In this document: one piece after another, positions 34,601-44,050 of the stretch
Layout: the number at the start of each line of letters is the position of its first letter
Numbering within the stretch: the stretch's first letter is position 1
Origin: Candidatus Melainabacteria bacterium
Lineage (GTDB): Bacteria > Vulcanimicrobiota > JABDET01
Direction: 5' to 3'
DNA: 64,000 nucleotides
Assembly (NCBI GenBank): GCA_013286945.1
Contig: JABDET010000001.1
Location: forward strand, 4,590 to 68,589
Made by a program: the position numbers and the translations under genes
The notes under the pieces: model-generated
What the model saw: the letters and a program-made list of their open reading frames with translations, nothing else
What the model was told of the DNA's origin: nothing
Database searches by the model: none

Positions 34601-37133
34601 TGTTGACATTTTGCCCAGCATTCATGGAGATGGCTCCACTCTGGCTGTTGCCAAAACCACTGCTGGAAAAACTTTGAATGTTTGAATGGTCCACATGGAT
34701 GTCGGTTCCAGCACTGAGAGAAATGTCGCCACTGGTGCTACTCCAGCTTCCATTGAAGACGGTACTAAGACTTGCCACATTGGTTCCACCAGTGATTGTG
34801 ACAGAACCGTTGGTGGCCGTGAGGGAGATCGAGCCACTCTGGGTGTTTGCGGTATCGCTGGTCGCGGTGCTCAGAATGGTCGAATTGTCGAGGCTTAAAT
34901 CGTTTCCGGCTGTCAGGGAGACATTGCCGCTCATCGGGTCTCCACCAAAATCATTAACCGAACTTTGGACCGTTGAGTTATTGACATTGATGTCATGACC
35001 TGCATTAATGTCAACATCGCCACTGGTGCTCACGGTTTCAGAGTTCGCATTCTGCGTATTGCTGATGCTTTGAACAAGCGAGCCGTTGGTGATATTCGCG
35101 TCATTTCCCGCCGTGAGGATAATGGATCCACTCTGAGTGTCTTCACCACCAGACGTATTGGCGGTGCTTTGAATGGTCGAACTGTCAACATTAAGGTCAT
35201 GTGCTGCGTTCAGGGTGATGTTGCCGCTCGTCGGATCGACAGATGCATCCGCTTCGGTGTTCACAAACGAATCATTGCTCATGGAAATATCGTTTCCGGC
35301 ACTAAAGGAGATGTTTCCACTGATAGCATTGTTCGAACTGCTGTGGGCAATGCTGTCTACTGTTGAAAGATTAAGCGTCAAGTTGTTCCCGGCGGTTAAG
35401 GAGACATTGCCGCTGGTCGGGTCTCCAAAATCGTCCGCCGAGGTTTCAATCGCTGAGTTGGTAACCTCGAGGTTTCGACCCGCTGAAAGTGAGATGTTGC
35501 CACTGTTTCCGTTATGATTCGTACTTTCAATAAAAGAATGATCGGTGGCGGTTAAGTCTCTTCCGGCCGACAGACCAATATCGCCAGAGATCGACTGAAT
35601 GCTCGACCCGGAGGCAATGATGTCCTTATCTGCAGTTACGGTAATGTTGCCGGCATCGGTCGTCAAATTAGCCAAGGCCGTAATTTCGCCACCGCTATTG
35701 AGCGTTGTCCCGGCGTTCAACGTGAGGTTTCCATTTCCTTGCGCCTGAACGGTATTGCTTGTGTTTTCAAAAATAATGTCGCCTGTACCCGTTTTTAAGG
35801 TGAGACTGATGTTGTTCGGAAGCGTAAGAGTTCCGCCGAGGGTAGACATGTCATCTAAAGTAATCGAGTTTGAAGAAGAAATCGTAATATTGCTGGAAGC
35901 TCCGGTCAAGAGGTTAGCCGAAATGATAAAATCGGTCGGCTGCGGTTCGTTTGAATCACCCCAACCGTCTTGATCGAACCAATTGACAATTTCAGCATTG
36001 ACTGGATCGATCAAGAGATTTCCAACCGTTCCATGAGGAGCTGACGTATTTACCACTCCGTAAACCCAGCCTCCCTTATCACCACTAAGTTCCACGTCGC
36101 CACCATTTCCGCTGGTTCCGGATTTTGCTTCAATGCCTCCCGAAAAGACCAACCTGCCTTGTGAAAGCGCATGGATGGTTCCCCCATTGGAATTTTCTCC
36201 GTCGCCGTTGGCTTGCGTCAAGCTCGAGCCGGGCAATACAGTACCCTGGGTGGAGTTAATCACGATGTTCCCAGCGCTATTATTAGCCGAGCCATTGGCT
36301 CGAATTGTCCCAATGTTTGCAGCAAAACCTTCTGACTTGCCCAAAATGACATGCCCATCCTCTGTGTGGGTAATACTTCCAGCTTCAATAACGCCACTGA
36401 AGTTGACAATGTTTTCGAGAAGAGCGCTGACTGCGTTTGAATCCATGACCACATCGTGCGGGGTATCGTTTCCGCTTAGGACAAAGTTGAGAAGGCCTTG
36501 TCCATCAAAATTTAAGACGGTCGCTTGAGTTCCGGCACCGAGGCCGACTTTCCCCAGGTTGGCGGTAATGGTTCCTTCGTTGCTGACCATTGGGGCTAAC
36601 AGGACCACTGAACCGCCGTCTGCAGCATTGATCGTTCCTTGGTTAACCACATAAGAAAGGGGATGATTCATGTCTTGTGAAAAAACGTAATTTCCACTAA
36701 GGAAATCGCTATCTTTCATGCTTAAGGTGGAGGCTAGAAGTCCCCCCACATTCACCGTGGCGGTTGGGCTAAAAAGAATTCCGTTTGGGTTTAGGAGAAA
36801 GACACGTCCATTAGCCTGTAATGCGCCCGCAATGACCGAAGGGTCACCGCCAAGAATACGGTTTAGTGTAGCAGCAGAGGTTGAAGGTTGAAGGAATTTG
36901 ACAAGCTCATTCAGATTGATTCCAAAACTGTTCCAATTGATGATCGCTCTACTGGTGGCCTGATTGATGGTGGTTGTTGTTGCCGCTTGAGTGATGGTCG
37001 CAGTTCCTGAGGTCACCACACCTCCCGAAGGAGCGCTCCATGACAACTGGGGCGAGATGAGGAAAGCAACCATAAGCCATGCAAGAACTTGTTGTCCAAT
37101 CTTTTTTCTTTTTGCCATCAACCTTTTAACCAT
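31614..37133 (-). CDS. Two-partner-secretion exoprotein (TpsA; filamentous-haemagglutinin-like beta-helix adhesin)
   Basis: N-terminal TPS secretion domain (…NQATSRAIINWNSFGINLNELVKFLQPS…ILGGDPSVIAGALQANGRVFLLNPNGILF…). It is followed by about 1500 aa of degenerate 20-aa beta-helix repeats (SGNISLTAGNDL…, SGNITLNAAHDL…). Length 1839 aa. No VENN or C-terminal toxin module was recognised. Confidence 0.9.
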   Translation of the reverse strand: MVKRLMAKRKKIGQQVLAWLMVAFLISPQLSWSAPSGGVVTSGTATITQAATTTTINQATSRAIINWNSFGINLNELVKFLQPSTSAATLNRILGGDPSVIAGALQANGRVFLLNPNGILFSPTATVNVGGLLASTLSMKDSDFLSGNYVFSQDMNHPLSYVVNQGTINAADGGSVVLLAPMVSNEGTITANLGKVGLGAGTQATVLNFDGQGLLNFVLSGNDTPHDVVMDSNAVSALLENIVNFSGVIEAGSITHTEDGHVILGKSEGFAANIGTIRANGSANNSAGNIVINSTQGTVLPGSSLTQANGDGENSNGGTIHALSQGRLVFSGGIEAKSGTSGNGGDVELSGDKGGWVYGVVNTSAPHGTVGNLLIDPVNAEIVNWFDQDGWGDSNEPQPTDFIISANLLTGASSNITISSSNSITLDDMSTLGGTLTLPNNISLTLKTGTGDIIFENTSNTVQAQGNGNLTLNAGTTLNSGGEITALANLTTDAGNITVTADKDIIASGSSIQSISGDIGLSAGRDLTATDHSFIESTNHNGNSGNISLSAGRNLEVTNSAIETSADDFGDPTSGNVSLTAGNNLTLNLSTVDSIAHSSSNNAISGNISFSAGNDISMSNDSFVNTEADASVDPTSGNITLNAAHDLNVDSSTIQSTANTSGGEDTQSGSIILTAGNDANITNGSLVQSISNTQNANSETVSTSGDVDINAGHDINVNNSTVQSSVNDFGGDPMSGNVSLTAGNDLSLDNSTILSTATSDTANTQSGSISLTATNGSVTITGGTNVASLSTVFNGSWSSTSGDISLSAGTDIHVDHSNIQSFSSSGFGNSQSGAISMNAGQNVNINSSAILTQATNTGGILEPTSGDVVISAGQDVNIGSSSVQSLAQSEFDPTTSGNISLTATNGDISIHESSIQTRASSTASPNVISGNITFNAGNDIVIANSYVNSEANNGGDPTSGDITMNAGNNLDVNSSTIQSFSDASGGGNSQSGTVSLTAGSDININNRSEVQSKSNSDSGGSQSGAVSLIGGNDLNLNSSLVQSKSTSNSGNSQSGDVTLVANEGDVNVDSSTVLSQATNTGGILEPTSGNVIITGGQNVNIDSSSVESLAQSQFDPTTSGNISLTATNGDVNVNNSEIVSFAHSDNSSSVQSGNIALNAANGNINITGSYLTTESTFGEGNRGPDNGIDMNAGFDVFVNADSGVTTGVGDINITAGNNAEITHIFSGGNANVTAGGSITSSNPSEAFGFFGETDVSAPNGEITLTAVTGIGTDEQALRTRTRNLTTTTTGLGAETYIYNSENFDNLSDTTNNGDVHILVGEGGEEFVDFSVSDDDELNANLPGADFTFNNTGGNIALGLVNTLDGDGGVTLNASGSILNAGENEINLTADHARLTAGEDIGSADLPVSVLLDNALNANADNGSIWISSPGDLILGLVSAKGLANLSAQSIVGEDPPVNVAGAVVVLTAVDGIGTEEQALVTDTPNLSLTTTGTDAPIFDANNQALKTLTVNTNNSNANVNTTTGESLTFADLTLNANMVGTDVFFDNTGGNIFVGNVNVGMSNSLSLTAAGSILSDPSLITGYYVTLDAGKGIGAPGDPIQGSIAVLNATAHNGGIYFNNADSFILNNLLAQGPAGNIVVSNSAGDLLLNYLTASGSIELTAVHAILDNTHNGAGFNLTAGGNSSLVAGSGIIGSVLFPVRVNIPTGILSVKSGGIFGLVSVDINGITVDNTLGMPEPDLPDPSGQIIFNGNCLSDCPPGNLSPFQLLLLDLGAIGANPDTFFSGIAQGNVDLANVDELFDLTFGVSIDNSFGFGDAFAALNSEELLEQVLELQKKHKK

Positions 37134-37159
37134 GGGGAAAAGCCTCCTTTGAATCTCTG

Positions 37160-38788
37160 TTAAAACTGTTTTGAAAATTGCGCATAGAGCACAGGAAGTT
37201 CATTTGACAAATTCTTCGAAGGACTAATCGGGAAGCCGAGATCAATACGCAAGCTTGTTGATTTGCCGAGTCCAGCGCGAAGACCGACACCTCCGCCGGT
37301 GAGCTGCTTTTTAGAAACTGATCCAGGAAGTGCATTTCGAAGGGTCATGTATCCGGTATCGACAAAAAAGGCGGTTTGCAAGCTATTAACATCCGTGTTT
37401 GCGGTCATCGGGACACGAAACTCTGCACTGGCGGTCCATCCCGAATCTCCTAGAAACTCGGATTGTTCGTAGCCCCGAACCGAATCAGGTCCGCCCAAGG
37501 CAAATTGCTCGGTAATCGCAAGAGGGCTAAGGGAGTACTGAGCTGTTCCATGAAGTAACAGATACTTGTTGGTAAAAACTCTTTGAATATGAACCAGTTC
37601 GACATTCGCCTTGGTAAAGCTGTCGTCTGCGCCTACACGGCTTGCTAAAGGATCCCCTCTCATCATTCCCCCCATGAAGGTACCAAGCCCTTGAGTGACA
37701 CTTGAAGTCAAGAAATCCCTCGCGGTATCGGTTGCCCACTGGCGGTCAAAGCCAAGAGCCAATTCACGAAGTCGATCACGGCTTGTAAGAAAACTGGTCA
37801 GGAAAAAATTAGAGACGTTTTTCGCATAAAAACTAGCGGTAAAATCTGAGCCTCCCGTTGTGGTTCGACTCAAAGGTTGTGTGAAAGTAAATCCGTAGAT
37901 CTGCGCTGTACCCCGAATATCCAGAACTTGGAGATCCTGCCCAACCCGGATATCTGCTGAGGCAAATGAACCTGTAAGCTTGGCTCCGGATGGGCTTATC
38001 GGTGTTGTATAGTAAGCTTGATAAAAGGGGGACTCGTTATTCGTAGGGACCGGAACAACCATTCTTGCATCCAGGAGGTCGCCCCGTCCACTTAAGCTCC
38101 CATGCCAATATTCAAAACCAAATCGGTTTCGACCAACAAGCGGGTTTCCAAAATTGTTGTAATCCAGTTGTCCATGAGAGGGTTCTGAATCTTCGACCTT
38201 CAGAAGAACATCGGTTGTTCCCTGCTTTCCGCCTGGCTTTAGGAATGCACGAACATGAAGATCGGGGAATTCATTCAGAAGAACCAAGGCGCGCTCAAAA
38301 TCTTCAGAGACACCTCGCCGAGCAGCCGGAGAGAAATAATATCGAATGAAATCTGAAGAATAGTGCTTGTTCCCCTCCACATCGATCTTGCCAATTTTCC
38401 CTTCAACCACATCAATCTCGACCACCCCATTTTGGATGTCTTGCGGAGGAACAAAGGCGCGAGCGAGGAGATATCCCTTTTTCCGGTAAAGCCCAGTGAT
38501 TTGTACGGCGACATCTTTCAAAGTGTCCAATTGGATCTCTTTGCCGATGTAACCGGACGTAATGGAAGAAATTTCTTGTGGAGTCAAGAGCGTGCTGCCG
38601 GATACTTCAATGGATTTAATTGGGACCTTGATTTCTGGAGGTGGTGCGGGCTTCGGAGTTGAGCGGGTTGCATTTTCAGCAACCACCGGCCCATAAAGCG
38701 TTTCTGACATAGAAGAACGGGTTGAACCCCAGAGAAGAACAAAGCTTAGCAGAAACGAGATTAAGATCTTCGAAGGTGTTAGTTTCAA
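37160..38788 (-). CDS. TpsB transporter (ShlB/FhaC/HecB family haemolysin activator/secretion protein)
   Basis: 542 aa. Signal peptide. POTRA region followed by a 16-strand Omp85-type barrel. The terminal residue is F. Immediately upstream and co-directional with tpsA. Confidence 0.9.
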   Translation of the reverse strand: MKLTPSKILISFLLSFVLLWGSTRSSMSETLYGPVVAENATRSTPKPAPPPEIKVPIKSIEVSGSTLLTPQEISSITSGYIGKEIQLDTLKDVAVQITGLYRKKGYLLARAFVPPQDIQNGVVEIDVVEGKIGKIDVEGNKHYSSDFIRYYFSPAARRGVSEDFERALVLLNEFPDLHVRAFLKPGGKQGTTDVLLKVEDSEPSHGQLDYNNFGNPLVGRNRFGFEYWHGSLSGRGDLLDARMVVPVPTNNESPFYQAYYTTPISPSGAKLTGSFASADIRVGQDLQVLDIRGTAQIYGFTFTQPLSRTTTGGSDFTASFYAKNVSNFFLTSFLTSRDRLRELALGFDRQWATDTARDFLTSSVTQGLGTFMGGMMRGDPLASRVGADDSFTKANVELVHIQRVFTNKYLLLHGTAQYSLSPLAITEQFALGGPDSVRGYEQSEFLGDSGWTASAEFRVPMTANTDVNSLQTAFFVDTGYMTLRNALPGSVSKKQLTGGGVGLRAGLGKSTSLRIDLGFPISPSKNLSNELPVLYAQFSKQF

Positions 38789-39097
38789 GTCTCTTCCCTC
38801 CAGATGTTTAATTTAGATGGTGTCACGGTAAAAAAAGCAATAACTCACTCACGGTCTTTGCATTTTTCATAATTCAGAACCACCAAGCGGGGTAACTCTA
38901 CACCAATGAGTTCTGAAAAAACGCTCGTTTAAACTAAAAGGGATTGCATAATTCCCTTAAAAAGGGCATTTTCCTTTTTTGAGACCAAGTTTTCTTCTTC
39001 CTTATAACACACACAGTATACCCAATTGTGGATGGCTGCAACCAGGAGGTCGAATCTTTGTGAAAGAATCTGGTTGAAGTATAAGGAGGTTGTACAG

Positions 39098-39556
39098 GTG
39101 AAAAAAGCCACCTTTGGAGCCGGATGCTTTTGGGGAGTGGAAGATGCGTTTCGAAAAGTGAAAGGGGTTGTTTCCACTCGTGTTGGGTATTCGGGTGGAA
39201 CGTTTCCGAATCCAACCTATCAAGATGTTTGCGGAGACAAGACAGGGCACGCGGAAGTTGTCGAAGTTGCCTACGATCCATCACAAGTTTCCTACGAAAA
39301 GCTCCTGAGTTTGTTTTGGGAAATGCATGATCCGACAACGCCCAATCAACAAGGACCTGATGTGGGTTCTCAATATCGATCCGCAATATTTTTTCACGAT
39401 CCGGAGCAAGAAAGGGCTGCACATCGAGCGAAGGAGGAACTTGAGCAGTCTGGGCGATACTCACGAAAAATTGTTACTGAAATTGTTCCGGTTTCTTCCT
39501 TTTATCAAGCAGAGGATTATCATCAGCAGTATTTCAAAAAACAAGGTGTTCGTTAA
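39098..39556 (+). CDS. msrA: Peptide-methionine (S)-S-oxide reductase
   Basis: GCFWG active-site motif and full MsrA similarity. The start is re-assigned to the in-frame GTG at 39098, which lies 7 nt after AGGAGG (39085-39090). Confidence 0.9.
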   Translation: MKKATFGAGCFWGVEDAFRKVKGVVSTRVGYSGGTFPNPTYQDVCGDKTGHAEVVEVAYDPSQVSYEKLLSLFWEMHDPTTPNQQGPDVGSQYRSAIFFHDPEQERAAHRAKEELEQSGRYSRKIVTEIVPVSSFYQAEDYHQQYFKKQGVR

Positions 39557-40242
39557 ACAATTCCCTTCAGCTTTAGCATGGCCCCTATTTCTTCGGAGAC
39601 TTTCTTCATGGTTTCCAGGAACACCACCGATGGTTCTTCCACGTTTCTTGAGAAAAATTCAAGGACAGCGACAACCAAAGAATCGGTCATGACCGGGAAT
39701 GCGAAGGCTGATCGAATCCCACTTTCCATGCCAAGCTGAGCTCGAGCAAAACTAACGGTCCGGGCTACATCGGGAATCCAAGATGGCTTGGCATTTTGAA
39801 AAACTTCCCCTGGAAGTCCAACCCCAATGCGAAAGCGAAGCGCTTCGGTCACGCTTCGAAACATTTCAAATTCCCCTGGATTATCAAAGTGCCAAATGCC
39901 CGTGGGGACAAGGACTTGAGGTGCTTCTTTGTCTTGAACGTAGATGTGGCCAGCGCTCCAGGCTTTGTGACTACAAATGTGGCTTAGGCATGTTTGTACC
40001 CCATCTTCAAAAGAAGAAGCTTCACGCATGGCTTCTTGAACCAAGCCCAAAAGCAATGCTTCACAATCAAAGGCTTTTCGGTTAAGCCCGCTTTCGGCAA
40101 TTTCAATCCGTTCCTGTGGGTTGCGCTCTTTTTTTCTTAAGAGCGCGTTCTTTTCGGATGACGCCTGAAACCCGATTTCAATGTGAGGCTTGCTTTCTTT
40201 TGATTCCTGCCATAATTTGTCAGTATCAATAAATCGCATCAT
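39553..40242 (-). CDS. GAF domain-containing protein
   Basis: 229 aa. GAF-like fold signatures (…GVGLPGEVF…AFAFPVM…VAVLEFFS…). Convergent with msrA, and the stops overlap. Confidence 0.6.
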   Translation of the reverse strand: MMRFIDTDKLWQESKESKPHIEIGFQASSEKNALLRKKERNPQERIEIAESGLNRKAFDCEALLLGLVQEAMREASSFEDGVQTCLSHICSHKAWSAGHIYVQDKEAPQVLVPTGIWHFDNPGEFEMFRSVTEALRFRIGVGLPGEVFQNAKPSWIPDVARTVSFARAQLGMESGIRSAFAFPVMTDSLVVAVLEFFSRNVEEPSVVFLETMKKVSEEIGAMLKLKGIV

Positions 40243-40303
40243 AAGTTATTATTCTCTATATACCCACAATTGACAAAAAAATGATCCCTGCAGAAAAATA
40301 ATT

Positions 40304-40867
40304 TCAAAAATACTTTGGTCCTTCAGATTTCAAGAGTCCTTTTTTTTGAAACAAATTCAAAACCATTTTTTCTGGAATTCGTACCAATTCAGTCGCAAAA
40401 AATTCTTGCTTGTCAACGGGGGATACAAGAATTGTGTAGAGCCCAAGACGTTTTCCTCCAAGAATATCGGTAAAGAGCTGGTCCCCGATGACGGCTGTTT
40501 CTTTTGCAAGAGAACCAAGGAGGCGTAACGCTTCAAGGAAGACGCTTTTCCTTGGCTTTACTGCTCTCGAGATGGCTGGAACCTCCAAGGCCTTTGACAA
40601 TCGATTGACTCGATTTTGAAAACTGTTGGAGACAATGAGCAACTTCAACCCTGAAATCTTCGCCTTACGAATCCATTCTAAAGTGGTGGCGGACATTTCT
40701 TCCGCTTTCCAACTTAACAAGGTATTATCCAGATCAAGCAAAAGCGTTGTGAATCCTTTTTGGCGCAAGGATTCTGGATCAATGTCGGTCACCGAATCAA
40801 CGCAGACGTCAGGGCAGAGGTAGCGCGCGAGAAAAGTCTGAAAACGGTTGGTCACGTTAGTGCACAT
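40304..40867 (-). CDS. YqeG-family HAD-IIIA phosphatase
   Basis: DxDxT motif (LLLDLDNTLL). HAD IIIA core. Length 187 aa. Confidence 0.8.
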   Translation of the reverse strand: MCTNVTNRFQTFLARYLCPDVCVDSVTDIDPESLRQKGFTTLLLDLDNTLLSWKAEEMSATTLEWIRKAKISGLKLLIVSNSFQNRVNRLSKALEVPAISRAVKPRKSVFLEALRLLGSLAKETAVIGDQLFTDILGGKRLGLYTILVSPVDKQEFFATELVRIPEKMVLNLFQKKGLLKSEGPKYF

Positions 40868-41873
40868 TTCGATGGAAAAGCCATTGGCGATATTTTTCCA
40901 CCGCGTTCAGATGCTGTGAATACGTGATACTGAAGATGTGGCTGCCGTCGCCACGGGCCACATAATACAGATAAGGAACGTGCGCAGGCGCAAGAGCCGC
41001 TTTGATCGACAAAAGGCCAGGGCTTCCGATTGGACCTGGGGGGAGTCCTGAATGAAGGTAAGTGTTATAAGGAGATTCAATTTTCAGGTCGTCGATGGAA
41101 AGAAGCTCTTTGGGGACAGGAAGAAGATATTGAATCGTCGCATCACATTGAAGCGGCATCTGGTCTCTTAACCGATTGGTGTATACCGCAGCAATCAAAG
41201 GATATTCTTTGGGAATTCGTGACTCTCTCTCAACCAGAGAGGCTAAGGTGATGGTTTCCTTCAAGCTCAGCATTTTGTTGGATTTGCCATAAAGGGGAAT
41301 GACCAGCTCTTTAAATCGGTCGACCATCGGCGTGGAAGCATCTTCTGGAGTAAGGTGAGGGGCTAAATCATAGGTGTCTGGGAAAAGAAAGCCCTCCAAT
41401 CCCTGAATGTTTTCCTTGAGTTCGGGGAACTCCAAAGCCGTTTGATTCGCTTTGTCCAAGAATTCGCTCTTGTTCGCGATCCCTTTAGCATCAAGGAGAT
41501 CGGCAATTTGCTTCAAAGTGTAGCCCTCAGGGATGGTCACCCGAACCTGAATGACATCGCCACTCACCATTTTTTTCAAGATCTGGTAAGGACTCAGGTT
41601 GGGAGAAAAATCATAAGTTCCCGCTTTAATTTTTGGTCCTGTGCTTGTTACTCGAACCAAGAGTCGAAAAGCCCAAGCGTGACGAATGAGGCGATCTTTC
41701 TGCAGTTCATTCGCAATGTCTGTTCCTCTCATCCCTTCTGAAATCACGAACCGAGTCGATTCTTTCTCAAGCGATACCGGTGTTAAGAATTCGTGTGACA
41801 AATAGGTGAGGACGACAAGAGCCACCAATAGGATGAAGGGAAGCGCAAAGAAAAGCCATTTTAATTTGCTCAT
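40857..41873 (-). CDS. mltG: Endolytic murein transglycosylase MltG (YceG-like)
   Basis: N-terminal TM anchor and the YceG-like domain. 338 aa. Confidence 0.88.
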   Translation of the reverse strand: MSKLKWLFFALPFILLVALVVLTYLSHEFLTPVSLEKESTRFVISEGMRGTDIANELQKDRLIRHAWAFRLLVRVTSTGPKIKAGTYDFSPNLSPYQILKKMVSGDVIQVRVTIPEGYTLKQIADLLDAKGIANKSEFLDKANQTALEFPELKENIQGLEGFLFPDTYDLAPHLTPEDASTPMVDRFKELVIPLYGKSNKMLSLKETITLASLVERESRIPKEYPLIAAVYTNRLRDQMPLQCDATIQYLLPVPKELLSIDDLKIESPYNTYLHSGLPPGPIGSPGLLSIKAALAPAHVPYLYYVARGDGSHIFSITYSQHLNAVEKYRQWLFHRNVH

Positions 41874-42304
41874 GACTTCGTCTTTTGTGATTGTAGGAAT
41901 AATTCCAGGATCAAGGCCGCCGCAATCGGATCAAGTTTCCCTTTTTGCGCTTTTGAGGTGATACCCCGTTCGTGGAGAAGGCGTCCTGCTTCCTTTGTGG
42001 TGAACCGTTCATCAATTTCTACAATGTGAGATTTCGGAAGTTCGCGCTGTGCTTCCTTAATCCAATGGCGAACAAGTTCGACCGTTTCTCCTGGTTTTCC
42101 ATCCGTTCGGTGGGGAATTCCAACGACAACCGTTTGGACATCGTATTGCTTGATCAGATCTCGAAGTTCGCTCCAGACGGGTTTGGTTTTCTTGGGATGA
42201 AGAACGGCAAGGGGCTGGGCGATGACGTTTAAGGGATCGGTCACCGCGATGCCAAGGCGTTTTTCTCCCCAATCAATGGCTAAGATTCGCTTAGGCATAA
42301 CCAT
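41870..42304 (-). CDS. ruvX: Holliday-junction resolvase-like nuclease RuvX/YqgF
   Basis: ILAIDWGEKRLGIAVTD RNase-H-like N-terminal motif. 144 aa. Confidence 0.9.
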   Translation of the reverse strand: MVMPKRILAIDWGEKRLGIAVTDPLNVIAQPLAVLHPKKTKPVWSELRDLIKQYDVQTVVVGIPHRTDGKPGETVELVRHWIKEAQRELPKSHIVEIDERFTTKEAGRLLHERGITSKAQKGKLDPIAAALILELFLQSQKTKS

Positions 42305-42315
42305 TCATCCGTATT

Positions 42316-43419
42316 TTAGGCAACTTCAACCGGTTGTTCCCAAAGACTGTAGCGTTGGGAGGCCACTTGCTTTAACAACTCCGGATCTTCAAAGAGCATT
42401 CCTGCTCCCATCGCCACGCAGAAAATGGGATCCGTTGGGCGGTGGCAAGGAACCCCAATCGATTCTTGCATCAGCTGATCGAGCCCTTCCAACAGTGAGC
42501 CCCCTCCAGAAATGGTTATCCCATGTTCCATGATGTCCCCCACAAGTTCGGGGGGAGCCCGCTCGATGGAGTTTCGCACCGCTTCAATCATGGCCACCAC
42601 CGGCTCGGTGATCGATTCCCGAATGTCGCCACTTGAAATGCTTTGCAGTCGAGGTAAGCCAGAAAAGACGTCGCGACCGCGAACCTCAATGCTCTTTTCT
42701 TCTTTTTTCGGATAAGCGGAACCAATCTGAATTTTCACCGATTCGGCGGTTCGTTCCCCAATGATCAAGTTGTAGTTTTTCTTGATGTAGTTAGCGATGG
42801 CTTCGTCCATCTCATCACCCGCAATACGAAGCGACTGGCTTAGGACAACACCCCCCAAAGCCACAATGGCAATCTCGGTTGTTCCACCCCCAATGTCGAC
42901 AATCATCGACCCAAGCGGTTCCTTCACGGGGAGAAGTGCGCCAATGGCTGCCAGAAGTGGTTGAGCCGCCAAGACCACTTGTTTGCCCCCAGCCGAAATC
43001 GCTGCCTCTTCCACGGCGCGCCTTTCAACGGGTGTGCAATCGGATGGAATCCCAACGATAACACGAGGTTTGATTAAGCCGCGGTTAGGCAAGGCTTTGT
43101 TGAGAAGGTGTTTCATCATTTCATACGCGATTTCAAAATTCGCAATCACTCCATCGCGCAAGGGGCGGATCACCGAAATGTTAGCAGGGGTTCGACCATG
43201 CATTTTCTTTGCTGCCTCTCCCACGGCGATGACTTTTCCAGTGGTGTTGTTTCGAGCAACAAAGGAAGGTTCAATAAAAACAATGCCCTTTCCACGGAGA
43301 TAAATCGGGGTGTTGGAAGTGCCCAAGTCGATTCCAACCTGTGGGGTCAGGTTTTTGAAGAGATCTTCGAAGCGAAAGAATGGCATTTTGCGCGTATCCT
43401 TAGTGGGCTCAAACTTCAA
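42316..43419 (-). CDS. mreB: Rod shape-determining protein MreB
   Basis: Actin-fold motifs (VGIDLGTSNT…, DIGGGTTEIA…). Length about 350 aa. The true start may be the internal Met at MPFFRF. Confidence 0.95.
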   Translation of the reverse strand: MKFEPTKDTRKMPFFRFEDLFKNLTPQVGIDLGTSNTPIYLRGKGIVFIEPSFVARNNTTGKVIAVGEAAKKMHGRTPANISVIRPLRDGVIANFEIAYEMMKHLLNKALPNRGLIKPRVIVGIPSDCTPVERRAVEEAAISAGGKQVVLAAQPLLAAIGALLPVKEPLGSMIVDIGGGTTEIAIVALGGVVLSQSLRIAGDEMDEAIANYIKKNYNLIIGERTAESVKIQIGSAYPKKEEKSIEVRGRDVFSGLPRLQSISSGDIRESITEPVVAMIEAVRNSIERAPPELVGDIMEHGITISGGGSLLEGLDQLMQESIGVPCHRPTDPIFCVAMGAGMLFEDPELLKQVASQRYSLWEQPVEVA

Positions 43420-44048
43420 CTTTTTATTAGCAATTCCCTTTGCACGATTTTTTTTGATGCCTCTGGATGCTTGTGGAAGCCTGCTCTTTGCAAGAGTCGG
43501 TTCACGTCGTTTAACGGGAGCCCCACGACATTAAAGTAATCACCGTCAATTCGCTTTACGCAAAGTGCGCCCAAACCCTGGATTCCATAAGCCCCTGCTT
43601 TGTCCATCGGTTCACCTGTCTTAATGTAGGCTTCGAGGAAGGCTTTGGAGAGCTTTCGAAACCACACTTTCGTTGTGCACGAGGCAGAAAAGTGGCGATT
43701 CTTATAGAGAACGGAGACACCGGTAATCACACAGTGCATTTTTCCATTGAGCAGGCTTAGCATGCGATGGGCCTCATCCCAGGTGGCGGGCTTTCCCAAA
43801 ACGTTGTCTTTGTATTGGACAACGGTATCCGCGCTCAGAATAAAAGAATTTGGATACTGTGCTTGTACGATCTCCCCTTTCTGAATGGCAAGATTTTCCA
43901 CTTGTCTTGCCGTGGACAGGGAAGAGCCGACCAGTAAACTTTCGACGATGCTTGGCTTACAAGTAATGAAAGGGAGTCCAAGTTGTTTGAGAAGAAATTT
44001 TCGCCGGGGTGAACTGGAGGCTAGGACAAGAAATGGTTCTTTCCGCAA
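43416..44048 (-). CDS. maf: Maf-like nucleoside triphosphate pyrophosphatase
   Basis: LVLASSSPRR N-terminal signature of the Maf family. 210 aa. Confidence 0.9.
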   Translation of the reverse strand: MRKEPFLVLASSSPRRKFLLKQLGLPFITCKPSIVESLLVGSSLSTARQVENLAIQKGEIVQAQYPNSFILSADTVVQYKDNVLGKPATWDEAHRMLSLLNGKMHCVITGVSVLYKNRHFSASCTTKVWFRKLSKAFLEAYIKTGEPMDKAGAYGIQGLGALCVKRIDGDYFNVVGLPLNDVNRLLQRAGFHKHPEASKKIVQRELLIKS

Positions 44049-44050
44049 TG

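Noticed and set aside
31951-36528. Numerous antisense or plus-strand ORFs inside tpsA (for example 33705..34397, 32392..32964, 34995..35366)
   Set aside because: Shadow ORFs arise from the repetitive Gly/Ser/Thr/Asn codon bias of the beta-helix repeats. tpsA is strongly supported on the minus strand.
38934-39464. 176-aa minus-strand ORF opposite msrA
   Set aside because: It is entirely antisense to a well-supported msrA and has no domain. Spurious.
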